Below, one piece after another: positions 1-7,068 of a DNA stretch of 33,895 nt (the first letter of the stretch is position 1; every line of letters begins with the position of its first letter). Origin of the DNA: Candidatus Woesearchaeota archaeon (lineage in GTDB: Archaea; Nanobdellota; Nanobdellia; Pacearchaeales; GW2011-AR1); the NCBI GenBank assembly GCA_964492145.1, contig CAZBJC010000001.1, forward strand, positions 1 through 33,895, written 5' to 3'. The notes beneath the pieces were generated by a model that saw only the letters and a program-made list of their open reading frames with translations, searched no databases and was not told where the DNA came from. Made by a program: the position numbers and the translations under genes.

Positions 1-85
1 TTAGGGTGCCCTAAGTATATAAATTTTACTATAAAATTAAAATTATAAGGGCATTTTTTCTTAAAAATTTGATTTTTTTGATAAT

Positions 86-140
86 TTTTGTATTAATTTG
101 AAATTTTGTGAATGTTATGCACTTAGGTTAGCTTAGTTAT
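86..140 (+). repeat. Direct repeat, copy 1 (~55 nt; perfect 26-nt core 115-140 'ttatgcacttaggttagcttagttat')
   Basis: The core is identical to 789-814. The upstream arm 'ttttgtattaatttgaaatt' resembles 'ttttgtactaatttaagtt' at 759. The core contains three tandem TTAGN pentamers (ttagg-ttagc-ttagt). Confidence 0.85.
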
Positions 141-189
141 TACACCTCAATATAGATATTTATTTATATTCAAAAACATAATTTATAAT

Positions 190-756
190 ATGATATTTTT
201 AGATTTAATAAAAACAGGATATAATCCTAATATCCATGGAATAGTTGAAATTGCAGGAGCAGATAGTTGTGAAAAAAAAGAATTTCATGCAAATGTAAGA
301 GTTGAAAGAGATATATTAGTCCATAAAAAAGTTTTGAGAGAATATGGGATTGAGGAGTATGAAATTTATAATCCTTCGAGAGAAAGCCTAGAAAGAGCTT
401 TAAAAGAGTTTAGAGACTGGAGTAAAGGATTAAAAAACATTGTTCTTGCAGGACATAATACTCATTTAGATATAAAGTTTTTAAAAAGATCTATGGAGAG
501 GTATGGGCTTGAATGGGATTTTGGATATAGGGCTGTTGATTTATTTTCTATTGCGATAGGAATCTTAAAAAATCAAGGAGAAAAAATTCCTGAGATAAAT
601 GGGCTTTTTGATTTAAACTTTGATGATATTTTGGAAAGGGTTGGATTAAAAAAAAGAAAAAAGCCTTATGATGCATTAGAAAATGCAAGATTAAAAGCAG
701 AAGCTTTTAACAGATTAGTTTATGGAAAAAGTTTATTTGAAGAATTTCAAGGTTAA
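190..756 (+). CDS. DEDD (DnaQ-like) 3'-5' exonuclease-fold protein with catalytic positions partly substituted
   Basis: 188-aa ORF. The three exonuclease motif positions appear in the expected order. 'IFLDLIKTG' sits at Exo I but reads D-L-I instead of D-x-E. 'LAGHNTHLDIKFL' sits at Exo II. 'PYDALENARL' sits at Exo III but has Y..N where H..D is expected. Confidence 0.55.
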   Translation: MIFLDLIKTGYNPNIHGIVEIAGADSCEKKEFHANVRVERDILVHKKVLREYGIEEYEIYNPSRESLERALKEFRDWSKGLKNIVLAGHNTHLDIKFLKRSMERYGLEWDFGYRAVDLFSIAIGILKNQGEKIPEINGLFDLNFDDILERVGLKKRKKPYDALENARLKAEAFNRLVYGKSLFEEFQG

Positions 757-758
757 TT

Positions 759-814
759 TTTTGTACTAATTTAAGTTCTTTGCAGGTTTTATGCACTTAG
801 GTTAGCTTAGTTAT
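759..814 (+). repeat. Direct repeat, copy 2 (perfect 26-nt core 789-814)
   Basis: It starts 3 nt after the stop codon of ORF 190..756. With copy 1 it brackets that single gene. Confidence 0.85.
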
Positions 815-850
815 GAAACTTTATGTGTCGAAGTGTGTTGGAAATATTTT

Positions 851-1004
851 AAACAGGCTGTTTATCAATTTTATCGTCGAGGAATTTTATAGTGATTTGC
901 ATATTTTAAACAGGTGTTTAATATTTGACTTAGGTGTTTAAGGGTGTTTAAGGCTGTTTAAACAGCCTGTTTACCCAACTTTTTTCAAAAAAACAGGCTG
1001 TTTT
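851..1004. repeat. Iteron-like array of the palindromic motif AAACAG(G)CTGTTT(A)
   Basis: Full copies lie at 851-864, 908-920, 960-973 and 991-1004. Three 10-nt-phased half sites 'Rg(g/c)tgtttaa' lie at 931-960. A perfect 16-bp palindrome 'ggctgtttaaacagcc' lies at 952-967. The same motif continues inside the downstream CDS (1379-1392, 1401-1413, 1420-1432, 1441-1450, 1453-1462). Confidence 0.8.
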
Positions 1005-1106
1005 TTGGGTTTTTTATTAAATTTTTTTTAATTTTTTTGAAAAAATTTTAAAGAGATTTTTAATTTGCCGACGAGAGTTTAAAGAGTTTTTTTTCGACGA
1101 CAAAAG

Positions 1107-1120
1107 CTTTTTAAAGTATA
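1107..1120 (+). promoter_or_regulatory. TATA-box-like element for ORF 1137..1763 (probably a leaderless mRNA)
   Basis: 'ctttttaaagtata' is centred about 24 nt upstream of the ATG at 1137. That is typical archaeal TATA-to-TSS spacing if transcription starts at or near the ATG. Confidence 0.45.
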
Positions 1121-1136
1121 TTTTCTAGTATATACT

Positions 1137-1763
1137 ATGATCTTGAGGTGGTTTTTTGGAAGAAAAAAAGAGGTAGAAGAGTTAAAAGAAGCTACAAAAA
1201 AGGGTTTTGAAGATGTTAAAAAAGACATTGGTTCTGTAAGTGGATGGATAAAACACCTTAATTCTGAGAAAGAATTGCAAAAAAGAGACCTTGAGGAAGT
1301 AAAAGAGGTTTTATCGTCGATGAAAGAAGAAATCGAAGGATTAAAAAATGTTCTTTCTTTTGTGACTGAGTCAAAAACAAACAGGCTGTTTAAAACACCT
1401 AAACAGCTGTTTAACAAACAAACACCTGTTTATGCTGTGCAAACAGCTGTGCAAACAGCTGTTCAAACACCAAATTTAGACCAATTTTCAGTAACAGAAA
1501 GAGCAATCTTGTGGATTTTGTTAAATACAGAAATGAAATTAAGTTATGATGATTTAGCTGCAATGTTAGGAAAAGAGAGATCAACTATAAGAGGGCAATT
1601 AAATAGAATAAAACAAAAAAGTGAAGGTTTAATATGTGAGAGTATAGAGAAAAATGGTAAAAAAAGAGTGTTTATTCCTGAAAATATAAAGGAAAAACTA
1701 CTAAAAAAGCAAAAAGTGAGAGTTAAAACTAATAAAAAAACAAGAAAAAAACAAGAATCTTAA
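1137..1763 (+). CDS. Coiled-coil + QT-rich linker + C-terminal winged-helix/HTH protein (unnamed family)
   Basis: 208-aa ORF. The N-terminus has 'KKGFEDVKKDI' followed by a heptad-rich E/K segment. The linker is '...TPVYAVQTAVQTAVQTPN', encoded by a 12-nt repeat (two exact units plus a third with one substitution). The C-terminus has the HTH-like stretch 'LSYDDLAAMLGKERSTIRGQLNRIKQK' and a basic tail. Confidence 0.7.
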   Translation: MILRWFFGRKKEVEELKEATKKGFEDVKKDIGSVSGWIKHLNSEKELQKRDLEEVKEVLSSMKEEIEGLKNVLSFVTESKTNRLFKTPKQLFNKQTPVYAVQTAVQTAVQTPNLDQFSVTERAILWILLNTEMKLSYDDLAAMLGKERSTIRGQLNRIKQKSEGLICESIEKNGKKRVFIPENIKEKLLKKQKVRVKTNKKTRKKQES

Positions 1764-1903
1764 TAAAAAAATAAGAAAAGTGAGTATTTTATTTAAGTTT
1801 TATAAAAAAATAGAAAAATAAAGCAAAAAATAAAAGTATTGAAAGAGAATAATAAAAGAAAAAGTGAGATAAATAGTTATTCGTTTAGCCGTTTAACTAA
1901 GAA

Positions 1904-2614
<711 letters not shown>

Positions 2615-2645
2615 TATTTTTTTATAAATTTAAATTATATTAATA

Positions 2646-2912
2646 TTATTGATTTCTTTTATATACTTCGTAAGCTTTATTACTTAACATCCATCTGCTT
2701 CTTCTTTTATAATCAATTCCTTTTGAATTTTTCTTTATTTCTATTATTAATTTTTTTTTCTTTAAATCAAATAATAAATCCTTAACAAACTCCTCATCTC
2801 TTGCTATTTCTCTTGCTATATGTGTTGTAAAGGATGATTTAGGCATAATAGAGAAAAGATATAAAAGAATTTGTTCAGATATTTTTTCTTTTTTTTCTTT
2901 TGATATTTTCAT
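2646..2912 (-). CDS. Small winged-helix DNA-binding-like protein
   Basis: 88-aa ORF. 'ISEQILLYLFSIMPKSSFTTHIAREIARDEEFVKDLLFDLKKKKLIIEIK' has the H1-H2-H3-wing pattern of small MarR/PadR-like wHTH proteins. Confidence 0.55.
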   Translation of the reverse strand: MKISKEKKEKISEQILLYLFSIMPKSSFTTHIAREIARDEEFVKDLLFDLKKKKLIIEIKKNSKGIDYKRRSRWMLSNKAYEVYKRNQ

Positions 2913-2967
2913 AATTATTAAAAAAACTAAGTTTTTATATATTTTAGGGTAGAAGTATAAAAAAGAA

Positions 2968-3390
2968 TTATTCTTTTTCTTTTTTTTCTGGTTTTTTAAG
3001 AGCTGGAGGAGGTATATGAAGAGGAAGATTCATTTCTTCTTCAAGTTCAAGTGCTTTGACGGTTGATTTTCTTAAAATTAAATTAAATAGTGTTAATCTA
3101 AAATCATCTGTTATTTTTTTCTCTTTCCAAGCTTCAATAATGCCCTTTGAAAGTGTTTTTTCAATAGCAAGAACAAGTTCTCCATTTAATTCAACTTTTG
3201 CTATATTAGGAGAATAATCTATAATATAAGAAAATTTAACTTTAACCAAATCCTCATCTCCTTTAAAAAATTTAGATTCAATAGGAAGAATCTCAGATAT
3301 ATTTATTTTTGTACTCAAATTTAAATCCTTGTAAGAATTTGCAATTTTTTCTACACTTATTTTTTTAAAATTAAAATTAATTAGTTTCAT
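2968..3390 (-). CDS. Hypothetical protein (possible SecB-like fold; weak)
   Basis: 140-aa ORF. The N-terminal 'FNFKKISVEK' and the C-terminal 'LTLFNLILRKSTVKALELEEEMNLPLHIPP' loosely recall the SecB beta-1 strand and helix/'L-N-L-x-P-[IV]' region. The tail is acidic/basic. Coding status is good; function is uncertain. Confidence 0.5.
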   Translation of the reverse strand: MKLINFNFKKISVEKIANSYKDLNLSTKINISEILPIESKFFKGDEDLVKVKFSYIIDYSPNIAKVELNGELVLAIEKTLSKGIIEAWKEKKITDDFRLTLFNLILRKSTVKALELEEEMNLPLHIPPPALKKPEKKEKE

Positions 3391-3449
3391 TTTAATAATT
3401 ATTAAGGATTATTTTTAAAGATTTATATGATTAATTATTATTAAAAAAT

Positions 3450-3710
3450 CTAAATTAAATCTTCTTCTGATACTATAATAAAATCTCCCATTGCTATAAT
3501 AGCAGAATAAGGAATCAAAAGTTCATTTTCAGGACTTTTTTCAAGATTAAGATTTTTAGTATATAATGTCGGGTCTTTTAACACAATATTAATTAATTCT
3601 CCTGATCTTGTTTCAAAAAGAATATCTTTTACAAATCCTAATCTTTTACCTTCTTTTGTAACAATCATTTTGCCTAATATTGCACTAAAAGGATTTTTTT
3701 CATTCTGCAT
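3450..3710 (-). CDS. PRC-barrel domain protein (stand-alone)
   Basis: 86-aa ORF. 'GKMIVTKEGKRLGFVKDILFETRSGELINIVL...LIPYSAIIAMGDFIIV' is a typical PRC-barrel pattern. Confidence 0.7.
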   Translation of the reverse strand: MQNEKNPFSAILGKMIVTKEGKRLGFVKDILFETRSGELINIVLKDPTLYTKNLNLEKSPENELLIPYSAIIAMGDFIIVSEEDLI

Positions 3711-3796
3711 AATAAATTCAAAAGAAGATTATTTATAAATTTATCTGTAAATAAACCTGTATTTAGAAGAATAACAAAATAGAATGAATCTCTCTG

Positions 3797-3818
3797 ACCC
3801 CTTGATTTCGTTTAGAAA
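3797..3818 (-). promoter_or_regulatory. ORB-like box (minus orientation), left border of the A/T-rich region
   Basis: The reverse complement is TTTCTAAACGAAATCAAGGGGT. It matches the 2319-2340 box at 19 of 22 positions. Confidence 0.6.
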
Positions 3819-4023
3819 CATTTAAAAAGAAATTTTTAATTTTTTTAATTTTTATTTTATTTATTATTATTTATATATTATATTATATATATTATATATT
3901 ATATGTTTATTTTTATGAGTTTAATTGGAATTATATTATAATTAGAATAATTAAATTTATTTTTTTATTGGTTATATAATTACAAGTACAAATTAAAATT
4001 AAAGTATTAATATAAATTTTATT

Positions 4024-4110
4024 AAAGATAGTATAAAGAATTATATAAAAATGCATTAAATATCAATGTAAAAGATTGTATAAAAGTGCATTAAAGATTA
4101 GTATAAAAAG
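4024..4110. repeat. Degenerate tandem repeats inside the origin A/T-rich region
   Basis: 'aaagat(a/t)(a)gtataaa(a)g' occurs at 4024-4038, 4071-4086 and 4093-4110. 'gcattaaa' occurs at 4053-4060 and 4088-4095. Confidence 0.7.
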
Positions 4111-4123
4111 TATATTAAATTAA

Positions 4124-4145
4124 TTTCCATAAGAAATAAGGGTGT
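4124..4145 (+). promoter_or_regulatory. ORB-like box (plus orientation)
   Basis: The sequence is TTTCCATAAGAAATAAGGGTGT. It is inverted relative to box 3797-3818. Confidence 0.55.
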
Positions 4146-4222
4146 ATCTCTTATTTAGTAGTTATAACTATTTATATAATCTTAAAATTTTTTCTCGTTA
4201 CAATAATCTGAATTTATTTATT

Positions 4223-4244
4223 TTTCCATAAGAAACTAACGTGT
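4223..4244 (+). promoter_or_regulatory. ORB-like box (plus orientation, more degenerate G-tract)
   Basis: The sequence is TTTCCATAAGAAACTAACGTGT. Its first 13 nt are identical to box 4124-4145. Confidence 0.45.
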
Positions 4245-4313
4245 AGGAGAGAAAAGAGTTTTAAAGCATATAAAAATTTAAATAAAAAATAAATTTGATT
4301 AAAAAAAGATAAA

Positions 4314-5516
4314 ATGGCAGTTGAATTAGATAATATTTTTGATTCGTTTGATGAAAATAATATTTTTAAAGAGAAATCTATTCTTCAGAATTCTTATAAG
4401 CCCAAGGAGATTCTTCATAGAGATACACAAATAACACAAATAGCTTCTATTCTTGCTCCTGTATTAAGAGGAGAAAAAACAAGCAATCTTTTTTTATATG
4501 GAAAGACTGGGACAGGAAAAACTCTTTCAGTAAATTATGTTAAAGATGAGCTTTTAAAAAGAGTAGAAAAAAAAGAGAATGTTAAATTGAAAATAGAATA
4601 TCTTAATTGCAAGCTAAGAAAAATGGCAGATACTGAATATAGGATTTTGGCTGAGTTAATAAAAAAATTTGGAGGAAGTGTTCCTGCAACAGGACTTCCT
4701 ACTAGTTCTGTTTATAATAAATTTGTCAATTTAATTGATTCTGAAAAACAATTAATTGTTTTAATTTTAGATGAAATTGATCAAACAATTAAAAAATCGA
4801 GTGATTTTTTATATAATCTTACAAGACTCAATTCAGAATTATCAAAAACTCAAATTTGTATTGTTGGAATAAGCAATAATTTAAATTTTTTAGATGAAAT
4901 TGATCCAAGAGTTAGAAGTTCTCTTTCAGAAGAAGAAATTGTTTTTCCACCTTATAATGCATTGCAACTACAAGATATTTTAAAAAAAAGAGCAGTGAAG
5001 GCCTTTAAAGAAGGAGTAATTGATGAAGGGGTTATAGCAAAATGTGCAGCATTTGCAGCAAGAGAACATGGTGATGCAAGAAGAGCATTGGATTTGCTTA
5101 GAGTTGCTGGGGAACTTTCTGAGAGAAATAAATATAAAAAAATACTTCAAAAACATATTGATGAAGCAAATGAAAAAATTGAAAAAGATAAAATTTTAGA
5201 GGTAATTCAAACTGAACCAAGACAATTTCAATTTGTATTATATTCTATAATTCAACTTTCAGAAGAAAAGGGAGAAGAAGCTTTTTTTACTGGAGATGTT
5301 TATAATTTTTATAAAAATCTTAGTTTAAGAAATAAAAACGAGGTTTTAACTCAAAGAAGAGTTGGAGATATTATTCAAGAATTTGATATGTTGGGAATTA
5401 TCAATGTTAGGGTTATTTCAAAAGGACGAGGAGGAAGAATGAGAGAAATAAAATTAGCAATTGGTTCTGATATAGTTTCAAAAGCAAAAAAAATTATCGA
5501 AGAAATTTTAAATTAA
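4314..5516 (+). CDS. cdc6: Orc1/Cdc6 replication initiator (AAA+ with C-terminal winged helix)
   Basis: 400 aa. Walker A is 'GKTGTGKT' and Walker B is 'LILDEID'. 'GISN' and 'GDARRALDLLR' (sensor 2) are present, followed by a C-terminal wH region. Length and motif order are typical of archaeal Orc1/Cdc6. Confidence 0.95.
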   Translation: MAVELDNIFDSFDENNIFKEKSILQNSYKPKEILHRDTQITQIASILAPVLRGEKTSNLFLYGKTGTGKTLSVNYVKDELLKRVEKKENVKLKIEYLNCKLRKMADTEYRILAELIKKFGGSVPATGLPTSSVYNKFVNLIDSEKQLIVLILDEIDQTIKKSSDFLYNLTRLNSELSKTQICIVGISNNLNFLDEIDPRVRSSLSEEEIVFPPYNALQLQDILKKRAVKAFKEGVIDEGVIAKCAAFAAREHGDARRALDLLRVAGELSERNKYKKILQKHIDEANEKIEKDKILEVIQTEPRQFQFVLYSIIQLSEEKGEEAFFTGDVYNFYKNLSLRNKNEVLTQRRVGDIIQEFDMLGIINVRVISKGRGGRMREIKLAIGSDIVSKAKKIIEEILN

Positions 5517-5517
5517 A

Positions 5518-7068
5518 ATGGATTCATCAGAAATTTTAAAATTTTGTTTAAAAAATGGGCTTTTAGTTGATAAAGAAGTTCTTAATCTTTTTAGTGAGAT
5601 AAATGATATTGAGTCTGTTAAGTTAATAATTAATAAATTTAAACAAACAAATCAAAAAGTTCTCACTAAAAACATAATATTAGGAAATAAAGAAGAAGTG
5701 AAAAAAATTTTTTTTGATTTACCAGAAGCGAATCAAAAAAGTTTAGAAAATTTTAAAATTAAACTTGGATTGAGCATTGAAATTTCAAAAAATATTATAA
5801 AAAAAGAAGTTCAAGATGAAAAAGAGTTTGAAGATATAAAAGTAATTTCAAAAAGCCCTCCAATTGGAAAAAAATTAGAAGTTGGAGATTTTGTTAAATA
5901 CTTTAGAGCAAGATTAAATTTTATGAAAGGAATTTTGCAAGAGCATTCTGAATTAACAAATCTGGTTTCAATAAATAAAATTTCAGGAAATAAGCAAGCT
6001 ATTTCAATTATTGGGCTTGTTTTAAATAAAAGAGTGACAAAAAATAAGAATATTATTTTTGAGATTGAAGATTTAACAGGAAAAATTAAAGTTTTAATTA
6101 ATCAAAATAAAAAAGAACTTTATGAAAAGGCAGAAGAAGTGGCTTTAGATTCTGTTATTGGAATAAAAGGAAATGGAAACAAAGAGATTCTTTTTGCAAA
6201 TCAAATTGTTTTTCCAGACGCTGTTTTGCCAGAAAGAAAAAAAAGCAATAAAGAAGAATATGCATTGTTTATAGGAGATTTGCATTTTGGAAGCAAACTT
6301 TTTTTAAAAGAGAGTTTTTTGAAATTTATTGATTATCTTAATGGAAAAGTTCCTTATACTCCTGAAGTTCAAAAAATAAAATATTTATTTATTGTTGGAG
6401 ATCTTGTGACAGGGGTTGGAAATTATCCTGGGCAGGAAAATGACTTGGAAATTAAAGATTTAGAGGAACAATTTGCAGGGCTTGCTTCTTTACTTGGAAA
6501 AATTAGAAGAGATATTAAAATTATTATTTGTCCAGGAAATCATGATGGGGTTAGATTAATGGAGCCTCAGCCGGTTTTTGATGAAAAATATGCTTGGCCA
6601 CTGTATAATTTAAAGAATTTAATTCTTGTTGAAAATCCAGCAAGAGTAAATATTGGGATAAATAAAGATTTTTCAGGATTTAATGTTCTTATGTATCATG
6701 GTTTTTCTTTTCCTTATTATGCAAATAATATCACAAAATTAATGTTAAAAAGAGCTATGAATTCTCCAGAAGATATAATGAAATATTTATTAAAAAACAG
6801 GCATCTTGCACCAACACATTCTTCTTCTCAATATTTTCCTTATGAGGATGATGCTTTATTAATTAAAAAGATTCCAGACATTTTTGTTGCTGCACACACT
6901 CATAAAAGTGGAGTTACTTATCAAAATAATATACTTTTAATTTCTACATCTTGTTGGGAAGCTATGACTCCTTATCAAGAGAAATTTGGAAATACCCCTG
7001 ACCATTGTAAAGTTCCTATGTTTAATTTAAAAACAAGGGAAATTAAAATTTTGGATTTTGAAAAATGA
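5518..7068 (+). CDS. polB: DNA polymerase D (Pol II) small subunit DP1
   Basis: 516 aa. It has an OB-fold-like middle region and calcineurin-type phosphoesterase motifs 'GDLHFGS', 'VGDLV', 'GNHD' and 'AHTH'. It starts 2 nt after cdc6 and overlaps the DP2 gene by ATGA. Confidence 0.9.
   Translation: MDSSEILKFCLKNGLLVDKEVLNLFSEINDIESVKLIINKFKQTNQKVLTKNIILGNKEEVKKIFFDLPEANQKSLENFKIKLGLSIEISKNIIKKEVQDEKEFEDIKVISKSPPIGKKLEVGDFVKYFRARLNFMKGILQEHSELTNLVSINKISGNKQAISIIGLVLNKRVTKNKNIIFEIEDLTGKIKVLINQNKKELYEKAEEVALDSVIGIKGNGNKEILFANQIVFPDAVLPERKKSNKEEYALFIGDLHFGSKLFLKESFLKFIDYLNGKVPYTPEVQKIKYLFIVGDLVTGVGNYPGQENDLEIKDLEEQFAGLASLLGKIRRDIKIIICPGNHDGVRLMEPQPVFDEKYAWPLYNLKNLILVENPARVNIGINKDFSGFNVLMYHGFSFPYYANNITKLMLKRAMNSPEDIMKYLLKNRHLAPTHSSSQYFPYEDDALLIKKIPDIFVAAHTHKSGVTYQNNILLISTSCWEAMTPYQEKFGNTPDHCKVPMFNLKTREIKILDFEK

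Larger units (their letters stand above)
3797..4247. other. Predicted chromosomal replication origin (oriC): ORB-like boxes plus an A/T-rich unwinding region
   Basis: It lies in the largest non-coding gap of the window (3711-4313), immediately upstream of orc1/cdc6. Inverted 22-nt ORB-like boxes flank about 300 nt that is almost free of G/C (3820-4120). Flanking genes are transcribed away from the gap. Confidence 0.7.

Noticed and set aside
1-60. A palindrome 'ttagggtgccctaa' at the very start of the window, followed by 'aagggcatttttt'.
   Set aside because: It sits at the window edge, so its context (upstream gene end, terminator, or part of a larger element) cannot be judged. A 6-bp stem with a 2-nt loop is not a credible RNA hairpin on its own.
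997-1012. 'tttttgggttt' is shared between 1001-1012 and 23297-23310.
   Set aside because: This is an 11-nt match made mostly of T in a very AT-rich genome, with no further similarity in the flanks. It is most likely chance.
780-1136. The intergenic region as a decayed third paralog of the coiled-coil/wHTH genes (it shares linker-derived motifs with both).
   Set aside because: The motifs are not collinear with either gene, and no residual reading frame with N- or C-terminal domain similarity is visible. The iteron/operator interpretation fits the 10-nt phasing better. It cannot be excluded without alignments to relatives.
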